From Eledone cirrhosa (Eukaryota), in NCBI GenBank assembly GCA_964016885.1, contig OZ024761.1, positions 3,286,001-3,350,000 on the forward strand: a stretch of 64,000 bases of DNA. The letters are read 5' to 3'. How positions within the stretch are numbered: position 1 is the stretch's first letter; every line of letters begins with the position of its first letter. Of this stretch, positions 41,110 to 56,020 are shown in pieces. The position numbers and the translations under genes are program-made. Below the pieces are notes generated by a model, which was not told the origin of the DNA, ran no database searches, and saw only the letters and a program-made list of their open reading frames with translations.

Positions 41110-41300
41110 TAATAATGCTTTCTACTTTAGGCTCAAGGCTAACAATTTGGGGGTCGGCAGGGGGGAAGTCGATTTTAATCGACCCCTGTGCATTACTTGT
41201 ACTTTATTTTATCGAACACGTAAGGGTGAAAGGTAAAGTTAACCTCACCGGGATTTGAACTTAGAACGTAAAGGGCCACTCCACCACCGATTCTGCCAAT
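41110..41300 (-). mobile_element. Degenerate SINE
   Basis: Same family motifs as 6239-6438. Confidence 0.8.
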
Positions 41301-41380
41301 ATACATACATAAATATATATGTATGTATGTATATATGTATATATGTATATATATATATGTATATATAGTTGTGTAACCAC

Positions 41381-41455
<75 letters not shown>

Positions 41456-41634
41456 TATATAAACATATATACATATATATATAATATATATACATATATA
41501 TATATATATAATATATATATACAAATATATATATAATATATATACATATATATATATATATAAACATATATACATATATATATAATATATACATATATAT
41601 ATAATATATATATACATATATAATATATATATAC

Positions 41635-41723
<89 letters not shown>

Positions 41724-42617
41724 TATATAAACATATATACATATATATATAATATATATACATATATATAATATATATACATATATATATATTTATATAT
41801 ATAGAAACATATATACATATATATATATAATATATATATACATATATATAATATATATATACATATATATAATATACATATATATATATAATATATATAT
41901 ACATATATATATAATATATACATATATATATATAATATATATATACATATATATATAATATATATATACATATATATAATTATAATATATATATACATAT
42001 ATATATATAATATATATATTTATAATATATATATACATATATATAATATATATATATATATTTATAATATATATATATGTAATATATATAATATATATAT
42101 ATATTTATAATATATATATACATATATATATATAATATATATATATATTTATAATATATATATGTAATATATATAATGTATATATATATAATTGTTTCTA
42201 CTTTAGGCACAAGGCCAGCAATTATCCAGTGCATTACTGATACTTCAATTACAATATATATATATATAATGTTTATATATATATATAATATATATAATAT
42301 ATATATATATATATACAAAATATGTAGTTTAGAAAGCCACAACAATGCAGATGGGAAATCTCGAGGTAGGAAGTGAATGATAGATAGGAGAAAAGTGAAA
42401 ATTGAGAGAAACGAAAAAACGAAAACAAAATATATATACATATATATATATATGTATATATATTATAAATATATATATATGTATATATATATATTATAAA
42501 TAGATATATATTTATATATGTATATATATATATATATATTACAAATATATATATTTATAATATATATATATCTATATATATTATAAATATATATATATGT
42601 ATATATATATATTATAA

Positions 42618-42655
<38 letters not shown>

Positions 42656-42774
42656 TATAAATAGATATATATTTATATGTATATATATATATATATATTA
42701 CAAATATATATATATGTATATATATTACAAATATATATATATGTATATATATATTACAAATATATATATATATA

Positions 42775-43185
42775 TACGATATTAACAAATGGAAACTATA
42801 TTTATAAAACCATATTTATTTCATTATACATATTTCAAGGATACCAAGTTAAATTATGGTATGCCTTCATCAGACAAAATACAATATATACCAGTTTTAT
42901 AAATAAACATTGACGTACCCTTTCAAAATGCAACCGTTACTTTTGGAAGACATCCTGATGTCTTCCAAAAGTAACGGTTGCATTTTGAAAGGGTACGTCA
43001 ATGTTTATTTATAAAACTGGTATATATTGTATTTTGTCTGATGCAGGCATATAAATATGGTTTTATAAATATAGTTTCCATTTGTTAATATCGTATATCT
43101 ACTCCAAATACTTGTCGAGTGCGTTATATCAGTTATAAAAATATTTGCTTGTTGTATCCCAACAATTTAAATAGAACTTTTGCAT
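42775..43185. mobile_element. Family C palindrome centred near 42955
   Basis: GACATC-CT-GATGTC centre; intact hammerhead at 42817-42881 (-); right-arm copy partly deleted. Confidence 0.85.
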
Positions 43186-43206
43186 ATATATATATATATA
43201 TATATA

Positions 43207-43760
43207 TTAATGTAGGAGGTATATATTATTGTAGTACAATAAAGCAATGCAGATATCGGATAAGAAGCACTCTACAGTTTGTAGGACTGGAGTATACATA
43301 ATATATAAGATCAAAAGATGGTTAAAGGAGTTCCATGTATTTTATTATGCGCATTTCAAAAACAAACATCATCATGCAATAATATTTGTGTTTTCATCAG
43401 ATAGAACAGGAGAACATGATATGAAGGCTAAAAAACACTTGTGGATAGTGCAGTTTTAAATCAACATATGAAAAGTAGTTTTAGATTGATGTGTGATATT
43501 GGGAAACATATTTTATTTAGAGAGGGGGGGGTGGAAAGGATGAAAAAAGGGGAGGAGATGAGAGTGAAGGTGGAGAGGGAGAGATGGGTGATAGAGAGAA
43601 AGAGATAGTTTTTATAACTGAGAGAAGATATATTGTTTTACATAGAGAGGTTGAAAACCGTTGGAAGATAATGTATAAATTAAAAGAATTTGAAAATTAA
43701 CGAAGGGAAAAATATGTACGAGGAAAAAATATTTTATTAAGAGAGGGGGGGGTGGAAAGG
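43207..43760 (-). mobile_element. Solo pLTR fragment of the intact Penelope family
   Basis: Homologous to 39285-39960; hammerhead at 43340-43406. Confidence 0.88.
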
Positions 43761-44091
43761 ATTATGTGTTATGTATGATGTCGACGCGACGGTCCAGGTT
43801 AGTCAAATTTTTCCAGAGTTCAGTCTCTTTCGTCGCTGCGGGCCCTTCTATCGGTCCCTGTCTTCATTTTGCAAAGCTGTCTAAACGTAATATTATAATT
43901 CTAGGGTTATATACCCTATCGAGTGCTTAGCTGCACATCGAAACTGCATCCGTTAGCTTGGCTGCAACCATGGCTTCGTTGATGCTGTACTAAATTTTGT
44001 ATATTATATATATATATTATATATATTATATATATATATATATTATATATATATATTATATATATTATATATATATATTATATATATTATA

Positions 44092-44131
<40 letters not shown>

Positions 44132-44136
44132 TTATA

Positions 44137-44183
<47 letters not shown>

Positions 44184-44209
44184 CAGTATATATATATATA
44201 TATATATAG

Positions 44210-44261
<52 letters not shown>

Positions 44262-44272
44262 GTATATTATAA

Positions 44273-44332
<60 letters not shown>

Positions 44333-44505
44333 ATTATACATATATAAATATATATATTATATATATATATTATAACCCCAAAAAATGTGTTGGTAATTCA
44401 ACAAATATATATATTCATAACAGATTCGAAGCATACTGCCCAGGTAAAACTTGAGCTGTTAAGGTCTCATTCCTGGATATGTCAATATTTATAAAACAAC
44501 TTCTG

Positions 44506-44566
44506 TATTTTATCTGATGAGAGCGTGCCAAAGTTGTGGTACCCTTGAAATATATATAATAGAATA
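44506..44566 (+). ncRNA. Family C hammerhead
   Basis: TATTTTAT-CTGATGA-GAGCGTGCCAAAGTTGTGGTACCCTT-GAAA-TATATATA-ATAGAATA. Confidence 0.8.
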
Positions 44567-44623
44567 AATATGGTTTTATAAATATAGTTTCCATTTATTA
44601 ATATCATTGATATATATATTATA

Positions 44624-44695
<72 letters not shown>

Positions 44696-44724
44696 CATAT
44701 ATTTTATATATATATATATATATA

Positions 44725-44790
44725 TACTCTTTTACCCTTTTACCTGTTTCAGCCATCCGGCTGAGGCCATGCTGGGGCACCGCCCTTGTA
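44725..44790 (-). mobile_element. Solo CR1-type 3' tail
   Basis: Reverse complement of 35158-35222. Confidence 0.85.
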
Positions 44791-44854
44791 ATATATATAT
44801 ATATTATATATATGTATATTACATATATATTATATATATATATACTCTCTCTTT

Positions 44855-44903
44855 TCCCACGCGCGCATGCGCAGTCACACATGCACATGTAAAGAAGGAG
44901 GTA

Positions 44904-44953
<50 letters not shown>

Positions 44954-45100
44954 ATCTTTTTCTCCAGTTCATATCGGTGAGAAATGTAAAAATAGGCGAG
45001 AAAATCGATGAAGTGACTTCGAACAGAAATAAGTTGCACTTAATTTTGTGGCTCCGTCCGACATTGCAAAGACTCTTTCTTTTCACTTCCGCCATAGTAA
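44855..45100. promoter_or_regulatory. Possible housekeeping-type promoter region
   Basis: NRF1-type GCGCATGCGC at ~44863; overlapping ETS/YY1-type CACTTCCGCCAT at ~45084; unique, CpG-containing sequence. Confidence 0.3.
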
Positions 45101-45377
45101 TTGCTTGGAAGAGGTGATTGGCCGGCTTGGAACTCTCTAATTTCCACCTCCTTCAATATTTATTCGTTCCTCTTCTATTTTCTATTCTACTTTCCCCAAA
45201 TTTGTGTCGATAAAAATCGATATAAAATTTTAAAAAATGTAAAATAGTAAAATACCCTGGCTGGACAGACGCGGGAGAAGGGATATAGGCAGCCTTTATG
45301 GGTCTCTGTATGGGTTTAACAATATCCTGTCTCGTCGTGTGTGTCCTAACCAAACTGAGAAAAGCGACTGTTTATGG

Positions 45378-45459
<82 letters not shown>

Positions 45460-45460
<1 letters not shown>

Positions 45461-45668
45461 TCATTATCTATAAAAGGCAGATTGTTGTGTGTGTGTGTGT
45501 TTGTGCATGTTCCATGTTTATACATTTGCACAATTTCAAACCGATTCGACTCAAAGTCTGTAAGAATGTTGTAAATGGTCCAACTTAGGTCAACGACTAT
45601 TTATTTCATTCAAACTCACCCACAATTACGGAAATAATCGATAAAACTAAATACATCACGCTTTACAC

Positions 45669-45699
<31 letters not shown>

Positions 45700-45779
45700 T
45701 ACCATCTTATTTCCTCTCTCTACTCTCCTTCAACTTCGATAAAACTACATACATGCTTACAAACTTTCTTTAGGAACGC

Positions 45780-45824
<45 letters not shown>

Positions 45825-46410
45825 TTGTTTTTGAGTATATCCTCTATGAGGTCACTAAACCTGCTAGAAACAGCAGCTAACTCTCCCCCATGCCAAACCC
45901 CTCTCTACTGTCTTAAATTTAGAAAACATATCCTCTATGAGGTCACTAAACCTGCTAGAAACAGAAGATAACTCTCCCCCATATCACACCACTCCCTACT
46001 GTCTTAAATTTAGAAAACACATATCCTCTATGAGGGCACTAAACCTGCTAGAAACAGCAGCTAACACTCCCCCATATTACACCCCTCCCTACTGTCTTAA
46101 ATTTAGAAAACACACATTAGACAACCATGCAGAACAACTCCATCGCAGCTCTGTTGTTCGGCTGGCATCGGCTACGCGCGTGTTGCGCAAGTACTGTGAA
46201 GCAACAAATTTCAACACTTCTTTGCACAAAGATAATATCCATAGGCGAAACTACAATTGTCACTGCTGGCGCAACTCCTGCTTCGGCAGTCCAGGTCTGC
46301 AATTCATTCACCCAGTGCCTGGCAGACAAAAAAGTGCTGCCATAAAATGGGTTGTGCAACCTAACTTTGGTAACTTACTGACCCCGAGCAACGCCGGGCT
46401 TTAATGCTAG
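45460..46410 (+). mobile_element. Non-autonomous Helitron with an internal ~90-bp triplication
   Basis: 5' TCTATAAAAGG + (TG)n; 3' CCCGAGCAACGCCGGG hairpin then CTAG|T at 46407-46411; three tandem units at 45836-46112. Confidence 0.8.
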
Positions 46411-46413
46411 TAT

Positions 46414-46457
<44 letters not shown>

Positions 46458-46856
46458 GTTTCTTTTATTTGCCACTAGGGCATCAGATAGATAGATAGAT
46501 AGATACATAGATAGATATGTGTATCCCGAGTTCAATCGGGGGTAACCACGGTAATTAAGGTACTCAATACATAGCAGGGTATAAATATTTAATATAAAAA
46601 TGGCTTCTACAGGACTAGAATTGTTTCATTCGAAGGAAATCATCGATTTCACGGTAAAGGCCTTATCTTACATAATTATCTTACATAATATAGATTTTCA
46701 TATTATTTATTTTAAGAACAATAACTTAACATCAGTGTGAGTAGCAAGTTACGGCTGGTTTGAACAGAAAGAGGTGAGAGACTTCTGGCCGGATATGGCC
46801 AGTTTAAATGCTACAGACGCTGGCTAATCTACAGTTTCCACTAAGAATCTAGACAT

Positions 46857-47713
46857 TATGGATTGGCAGTATCGGTAGAGGGTTGGACGCCATGCTTTGC
46901 AGCAAATAGTTACGCCCCTTTATGGTTTTGAGTTCAAATCCTGCCGAGGTTAACTTTGCCTTTCGTCCTTACGGGGTCGATAAAATAAAGTACCAGTAAT
47001 CTACTGGGATAATTGCTGGCCTTGTGCCAAAAGTAAAAAGAATTATATTTGTAGCTTCTAAGTGTCTGATGTCTCTATGTCAATCTTCAGTTCTCTTTTA
47101 CTGACAACACCGCCATATTGTAGATCTATGCACTAGAAGCTCCCCTCTATGTTAATCATTCGTTTCGTTTGTGTAATTGACCACCGCTAATATCCTAACG
47201 GTGATTTTTTTTTTGCTTCTGCCAATTGATTGAAACATCGATTTGTCTTCCTATGATAGATTTTGAAACAAACAAGGAAAGAGATAAAAAAAATAATAAT
47301 AATAATGATTTCTGGCTTCGGCATAAGGTGAACAATTTGGGGGAGGGGAAAGTTGATTAAATCGACCCCAGTGCGTTACTGGTACATTATTTTATCAACC
47401 CCGTAAGGATGAAAGGCAAACAAGCTTGGCGGAATTTGATCTCAGAACGTAAAGGGCCATAACTCTATGCCACAAAGCATGTTGTCCGATGCTCTACACA
47501 TTCTGCCAATCCACCAAAATAATTGTTTCTACTATTTGGCACAAGGCCAGCAATTACCCAGTGTATTACTGGTACTTTATTTTATCGACCCTGTAAGGAT
47601 GAAAGGCAAAGCTAACCTCGACGGGATTTGAACTCAGAATGGAAAGGGCCATAACTCTATGCGTCAAAGCATGGCGTCCGACCCTCTACCGATACTGCCA
47701 ATCCAATCCACCA
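46857..47713. mobile_element. SINE cluster: 46857-47045 (+), 47310-47516 (-), 47520-47713 (-)
   Basis: Family motifs as at 6239-6438. Confidence 0.88.
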
Positions 47714-47714
47714 A

Positions 47715-47759
<45 letters not shown>

Positions 47760-48329
47760 TGTTTCTACTTTTAGCAGAAGGCTAGCAATTTGAAGGGGAG
47801 GCGAAAGTTGATTAAATATATACGCCGGTGTGTATGTGTGTATGTGTGTGTGTATATATATAGACAAACTCATGAACCAAACATATCAGACGAACTTTCG
47901 ATTCAGGTTCGATCTATAATAGATCATACCTCGAGCTGATCGATAGTGAAACATATGTAATATGTTATTAAATATGTTATGATGCAACACTGAATCCTTG
48001 TTCCTTACCCTTATAGTGTTATACTCTGCTCTGCGCGAGCATCGACTACACAACCGGCATACCACCTACGGACGCATTTATCTTGCATCCTTACAACTAT
48101 ATATATATAAGACATTTTCTTTATATGTGTATGTATGTCTATATGTGTGTGTATGTATATGCATGTATTTATAGATATGTTTGTATGTATGTTGCACACA
48201 TGTGGGTGTTTGTGTGTTTGTGTGTGAGTGCGCGTGCGTGTGTGTGTTTATAAACATATGACCATTCTGTATACTTTAACACAGCATGTTAACACAGCCA
48301 CTTAATGAATTTCCTTTTTGTCTGCTTAG

Positions 48330-48700
48330 CCATAAAACTTTGGTACGCTTTCATCAAATAAAATACAAAGTGTGTTTTATAAATTTTGACATAGCCAAGG
48401 ATAATCATACCTTATCAGTTCAATATTCCCAGGGAATATTGAACTGATAAGGTATGATTATCCTTGGCTATGTCAAAATTTATAAAACACTCTTTATATT
48501 TTATCTGATGAAAGCGTACCAAAGTTTTTTGGTACCTTTGAAATATATATAATAGAATAAATATGGTTTTATAAATATAGTTTCCATTTATTTAATATCA
48601 TTGAACATTTACTCCAGAAACTTGTCGAGTGCTCTGAATCAGTTATAAACATTTATATTTGTTGGATTTCCAACAAATTAAATATCCCTTCTACTTACAT
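48330..48700. mobile_element. Family C palindrome centred near 48430 with hammerhead at 48497-48559 (+)
   Basis: AATATTCCC-CA-GGGAATATT centre; CTGATGA-AAGCGTACCAAAGTTTTTTGGTACCTTT-GAAA-TATATATA. Confidence 0.85.
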
Positions 48701-49351
48701 ATAACATATATATATATGTTACCCGGAGATTTACCCATTTGCATTGTCGAGGCTTCCAAACGACTTAAAGATATTTACTTATTGTTCCACAATGCTTAAA
48801 GCAAACTTCAATACTCTCTTATCCTTACACCTGAGCCAGGAATTGTTTGCATCCGTAAGGGAACTGTTTAGACTGTCGGAGAAATGGGCCAACGCTGGCT
48901 GCCAAATTATGGACTGACAGCTAGCGCCATCCCACTCCCTCATTCGGCCGCTGACCTCTGTACGACCGACCCCATTTCACGCGCACGCGCGCTCTGCCGA
49001 ATACCTCAGATATTCAAATCAACAAACAGCGAAAGACGCGTTCCGGACTTGTCCGACAGACAACCTTTTCCCCCACCCCGAAAAAAAACCCCAGTTGATG
49101 GATGTGAATCCGAAATATATAGGGACTATTAAATCTCTCCCAAAGTAACTCTCTCTTGTGTTGTTAAAACTCTCTCTCCACCACCGGACCTTGTTATCTG
49201 CCAGCTAGCACAGATCCAAAAGGCCGAAAAATGACCTGTACGTGAACTACCCGAGGTGAAAGCGGGAAAAACATAGACGTGTTGTCTATCTCGTTACTAA
49301 AAATAGCAGCTAAATAGAAACAACAGGTTTGTTCTCAACAAATGGAGAGTG

Positions 49352-49706
49352 ATAGAAGAAGTTAGTATGCCCGTGGGTACTAAGTACCCCTGGAAATACA
49401 TAGGTTGTCTATGATTTAAGGTTGTTCTATGGTATCAATTTGACATACCAGAACTATAATATTAATATAAGCGGAACAAGCAAAATTCAACCAATTTTTT
49501 TTTTTAAATTAAAAAATATAATTTAAATATTTACCTATTCTTATGGCTCTTACCGATCGGTTTCGCCTTATAAAACACTAGACACCCCTTATATTAATAT
49601 TATAGTTCTGGTATGTCAAATTGATACCATAGAACAACCTTAAATCATAGACAACCTATGTATTTCTAGGGGTACTTAGTACCCACGGGCATACTAACTT
49701 CTTCTA
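49352..49706. mobile_element. Family F inverted element with a partial hammerhead
   Basis: 49352-49470 / 49588-49706 inverted; minus GAAAC-CGATCG-GTA at ~49550-49564. Confidence 0.75.
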
Positions 49707-49815
49707 TATATATATATATGTATAATACGATGAAATACCAATGATGGTTGGCAAATCACCGACGAAGGACTATTTTTATCATATGTAACCACGCAATATT
49801 CTTCTTTCTGCTCAA

Positions 49816-49878
<63 letters not shown>

Positions 49879-49918
49879 CCTTATTGTTGACTCTGTTGTT
49901 TAATGAACGAAACATACA

Positions 49919-50332
49919 TTAATTATTCGGCAGCTAACGTTAGCAAGTCACATGATGTCACTAATTTGTCACAAAAAATTTGGAAGGATAATATGGAAAT
50001 AATTGTATTGTTAAATGACATTATGTCGCAGATGCAATTATGCAGCTGATTATGCAGATGCAAACATTATTTACTTTAAATATTAATTGCAGTAGATTAA
50101 TTTAATAAAGTATTACTTTATTACGTTGTTGTGCTTACATTAATAACCTAAGTAGGTCGGGGGGGGGGGGCTTTATATATATATATATTTATATATATAT
50201 AAAATACACATATCTATACACATATATATATATATGCATATATATATATATACATACATACAAATATATATATATACTTATATATACATATATGAATACA
50301 TTTATATATACACATATATATATATATACACG

Positions 50333-50392
<60 letters not shown>

Positions 50393-50504
50393 CATATATA
50401 TATGTATATATATATACATATATATACACATATATATATATATATATACACACATATATATATATACAAATATGTATATACATATATATATACACATATA
50501 TATA

Positions 50505-50577
<73 letters not shown>

Positions 50578-52017
50578 ACGTATACGTGCTCGGAATATTT
50601 ATAAATAAGCAATTTCATTAAATACAAGATGTGAAGTTGAATATTAATGTTTGCAATTAATATACATATATATATATATATGTATATATATGTATATATG
50701 TGTGTGTCTGTGTGTGTATACTTTGAAAACTAAAACTAATTAGGCTTTATAACATTCGGTTTTCGTGCCAACCCTTACCTATAGTCAGGAATCCTGGGTA
50801 ATGAGCGAAAGAATACGATTTCAAATACAAGCAGCCGAAATGAGGTCCCTCCGAAGGGTCTTTAGAGTAACGCTACCCTATAGAGTGTGTAGCTCTGAAA
50901 TAGCGATGTATGTATAGTATATTTGATAATATAGTGTATGTTTATTTAAAAACACTAACAGAAAACCACCCCTTGGGTGGTTTTTCTGCTAGCATGTGTA
51001 GTGTGTATATTGATATTATACGCAGGTATATATACATGTAGATACGATACATCAAATAAAATCGTAATTGACAATATACACAGAAATTGAATGAAGACTG
51101 TGTTACACTGTCTTATGTAATCAGTAACGTAATCCATGGTACATTAAAAAAAGACGATATTATATATAAACTGCATTAGGAGAAAATTAGTGACGGAAAT
51201 ATATGCAATGTGTTTATAAGGGTTATAATATAACCGGAAGTGTTGACTTTGAAAATTTTAAAGAAGTGAATCTTTAAATAAGCAATAAAATATATTTAAT
51301 CAAGAATTACGAAATTTAGTACATAAATTATGTAATATTCATTCATTATTTATTCAAAGTAATCCAACTTATTTTACAAACGGGGTAAAAACAAATATAT
51401 TCTGGACGCATAGTTATAGTTAAGATTCGCTATGAGTTTTAAATTAGTGACTACGTCACTTACTTGGTCTTGGCAGAAGCAAAGGGAAGTAATCGACGGC
51501 AGTTTCTCGCTCGTTAGCGAATGTCAAGCTTGCATATCCCTTCGTTCTGCCGAGAATCATAGAAGCTGGATTCTTATAGAAATCCAGTGATATTTCAGAG
51601 CTGGTTAATTATTCGGCAGCTAACGTTAGCAAGTCACATGATGTCGCTAATTTGTCACAAAAAATTTGGAAGGATAATATGGAAATAATTGTATTGTTAA
51701 ATGACATTATGTCGCAGATGCAATTATGCAGCTGATTATGCAGATGCAAACATTATTTACTTTAAATATTAATTGCAGTAGATTAATTGAATAAAGTATT
51801 ACTTTATTACGTTGTTGTGCTTACATTAATAACCTAAGTAGGTTGGGGGGGGGGGGGGGGGCTTTATATATATATTTATATATATATAAAATACACATAT
51901 CTATACACATATATATATATACATATATATATACATACATACAAATATATATATACTTATATATACATCTATCTATATATATATATATATGAATATCTAT
52001 CTATCTATATATATATG

Positions 52018-52054
<37 letters not shown>

Positions 52055-52095
52055 GTATATTTATATGTGTATATATGTATATATGTATATATGTA

Positions 52096-52133
<38 letters not shown>

Positions 52134-52254
52134 TAGATAGATACATATATATAGATAGATACATAAGTATACGTGCTCGGAATATTTATAAAGAACCAAT
52201 TTCATTAAATACAAGATGTGAAATTGAATATTAATGTTTGCAATTAATATATAC

Positions 52255-52270
<16 letters not shown>
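49919..52270. repeat. Local direct duplication (~0.7 kb)
   Basis: 49919-50680 repeated at 51605-52270 with different (TA)n and poly-G lengths. Confidence 0.9.
50745..50905 (+). pseudogene. Short RTE-type RT fragment
   Basis: SVFVPTLTYSQESWVMSERIRFQIQAAEMRSLRRV. Confidence 0.75.
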
Positions 52271-52319
<49 letters not shown>

Positions 52320-52337
52320 CGTAATTGGAAATACCAC

Positions 52338-52643
52338 GGAAAATATATTTAAGGATCTGTTTTTCTTTTTTTCTTCTTTGATTCGTCAACGTGACATTAT
52401 TGAAAACATGAGAGGAACAATTCTTTTTTTAAAGAAAGGAATTTTATAATGTATATACATCCGGTTTCGATGTATTAGTGTAAACCATCTTGTCAAATGT
52501 TGAATATTACAATTAAAAAGAATTAAAATTTTAAATTTTAAATTAAGTCTTGAAAAGTTCTGTTTATCTTTCTTGTTGCGAAAACTGGATCTAAAATGGA
52601 ACCTTATATATAGAGAGAGGTGTAGTCATAGTAGTAGTAGTAC

Positions 52644-52685
<42 letters not shown>

Positions 52686-52686
52686 C

Positions 52687-52748
<62 letters not shown>

Positions 52749-52759
52749 TAGTAGTGGTG

Positions 52760-52791
<32 letters not shown>

Positions 52792-52807
52792 GGTGGTGGT
52801 CGTGGTT

Positions 52808-52842
<35 letters not shown>

Positions 52843-52852
52843 GGTGGTGCTG

Positions 52853-52898
<46 letters not shown>

Positions 52899-52934
52899 AA
52901 GTAGTAGTAGTAGTAGTTGTGTTATTAGTAGTAA

Positions 52935-52978
<44 letters not shown>

Positions 52979-53178
52979 TTTTTCACAAAACAGAATTATA
53001 TTTAGGAATAGTCTCAATTGTGTTAAATGATTGGTCAAAAGTTCAGGTGGGGGTGGCGAGGGGGTATGTAAGCTAGAGACAATTGCTATAGGGGGGAGAG
53101 GTACATGGGGTTGTTAAAAGAAATTCTATTCTAATCAAAGAAGAAAAAAAGAAAAACAGATCCTTAAATATATTTTCC
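52338..53178. mobile_element. Inverted-end element with a variant hammerhead remnant and AGT/GGT expansion
   Basis: 52338-52383 / 53133-53178 inverted; minus 52457-52500 ACAT-TTGACAA-GATG..CATC-GAAACCGG-ATGT. Confidence 0.6.
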
Positions 53179-53210
53179 TTGCTATAATAGTAGTAGTAGT
53201 AGTAGTGGTG

Positions 53211-53245
<35 letters not shown>

Positions 53246-53270
53246 TGTAGTGGTGGTGGTGGTGGTGGTG

Positions 53271-53336
<66 letters not shown>

Positions 53337-53363
53337 TTTTTCACAAAACAGAATTATTATTAC

Positions 53364-53405
<42 letters not shown>

Positions 53406-53414
53406 CGTGCGTGC

Positions 53415-53483
<69 letters not shown>

Positions 53484-53556
53484 TGCAAAAAGCAAACGAC
53501 CCAGAACAATGTAGAAATATATTCTTAGTTTTACACTTGGTGTAGTAGGAAAAGAG

Positions 53557-53592
53557 TCCTAACATTTCGGACGCTAGTCCTTCATCAGAAAA
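53557..53592 (-). ncRNA. Minimal hammerhead
   Basis: Minus: TTTT-CTGATGA-AGGACTAGCGTCC-GAAATGTT-AGGA. Confidence 0.7.
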
Positions 53593-53719
53593 TCGAATGA
53601 GAAATTAACTAAGAAATAGAAAGATGTATGTACATTTCTGTTGTTTTGGTAGTTTTATACACCATAGAGATGTATTAGGATGATATTGAGAGAGAGGCGG
53701 GGAGATGCTGTGAGAGAGT

Positions 53720-54225
53720 GTGAGAGAGAATATATATGTATATATATAGAGAGAGGGGGGAGACTGAGAGAGAAGATATATATAGACACAGAGAGAGGGG
53801 GGAGACTGAGAGAGAAGATATATATATAGAGAGAGAGGGGGAGACTAAGGGAGAAGATATATATATACAGAGAGGGGGGAGACTGAGAGAGAAGATATAT
53901 ATAGACACAGAGAGAGGGGGAGACTGAGAGAGAAGATATATATAGAGAGAGAGAGGGGGAGACTGAGAGAGAAGATATATATATAGAGAGAGAGGGGGGC
54001 GACTGAGAGGGAAGATATATATATATAGAGAGAGGGGGAGACTGAGAGAGAAGATATATATATTGAGAGAGGGGGGAGACTGTATATATATAGAGAGAGA
54101 GCGAGAGAGAGGGCGAGGAGGAAGAAGGAGACTGAGAGAGAATATATGTATATATATAGAGAGAGGGGGAGAAGGAGAGTGAGAGAGAAGATATGTATAT
54201 ATATATAGGGAGAGGGGAGAGAATC
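53720..54225. repeat. GA-rich minisatellite
   Basis: GAGACTGAGAGAGAAGATATATATAG units. Confidence 0.9.
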
Positions 54226-54654
54226 ACCCCGGTATATTATTTAACGACACCAAAAAGATGGAAGGAGGAAAGTATGGAAAGCAATATTGACCTGAATGTT
54301 ACTTGAACTAAGACTATATAAAACCTGAGTCAATACTACAAAGCCTTATTACTGTCTGTTTCACCAACGTTTCCCCGTCTGCTATGTATCACGTTTTTGT
54401 TTCCCTCTTGTTTGTCCTTAATTCCAGCACTTTGCTTCATCGTCACCATGGTCTGTTTATCCAAACTCCCTCCTTTGCTTGGGCACCCCCACCCCCACCC
54501 CACCCCGACCCGTTCCTCTACCCTTTCATGAAATATATTCGACTGATAGAAACATCAAAGAAATTATACTGTTCGCTTGAGCTCGAACTAATGTGGAATC
54601 TATCAGCATCATCATTTTAATAGCATTCTCTCAATTCATTTCCCCCAAAAGCTG

Positions 54655-56020
54655 CTATACATCTGTACATCTATACATCTGTACATCTGTACATCTATAT
54701 ATCTGTACATCTGTACATCTGTGCATCTGTACATCTATACATATGTACATCTATACATCTATACATCTTTTCATCTATACATCTGTACATCTGTACATCT
54801 GTACATCTGTACATCTGTACATCTAAACACCCGTACATTTATACATCTGTACATCAGTAATTATATACATCTGTACATCTATACATCTGTACATCTATCC
54901 ATCTATACATCTGTAAATCTGTACATCTATGCATCTGTATATCTGTACATCTGTGCATCAGTACATCTATACATCTGTACATCTTTACATCTATACATCG
55001 GTACATCTATACATCTATACATCTATACACCTGTACATCTATACACCGGTAGATCTATACATCTGTACATCTCTACATCTGTACATCTGTACATCTATAC
55101 ATCGGTACATCTGTACATCCATACATCTATACATCTGTACATCTATACATCTGTACATCGTACATATATACATCTGTACATCTGTACATCTATACGTCTG
55201 TACATCTATACATTATACATCTGTACATCTGACATCTATACATCTGTACATCTGTACATCTATACATCTGTACATCTATACATCTATACATCTATACATC
55301 TGTACATCTGTACATCTATACCATCTGTACACTATACATCTGTACATCTATACGTCTGTACATCTGTACATCTGTACATCTGTACATCTGTACATCTACA
55401 CATCTGTACATCTGTACATCTATACATCTATACATCTGTACATCTGTACATCTATACATCTGTACATCTATACATCTGTACATGTGTACAACTGTACATC
55501 TATACATCTGTACATCGTACATCTATACATGTGTACATCTGTACATCTGTACATCTATACATCTATACATCTGTACATCTGTACATCTGTACATCTGTAC
55601 ATCTATACATCTGTACATCTATACATCTGTACATCTGTACATCTATACATTTGTACATCTGTAAATCTACACCTCTGTACATCTGTACATCTGTACACCT
55701 ATACGTCTGTACATCTATACACTATACATCTGTACATCTGACATCTATACGTCTGTACATAGTACATCTGTACATCTGTACATCTGTACATCTGTACAAC
55801 TGTACATCTATACGTCTGTACATCTATACATCTGTACATCTGTACCACTGTACATCTGTACATCTATACATCTATACATCTGTACATCTGTACATCTGTA
55901 CATCTATACATCTGTACATCTGTACATCTATACGTCTGTACATCGTACATCTGTACATCTGTACATCTATACATCTGAACATCTATACATCTGTACATCT
56001 GTACATCTATACATCTGTAC
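54655..56020. repeat. 8-bp tandem repeat TACATCTR
   Basis: Directly visible. Confidence 0.95.
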
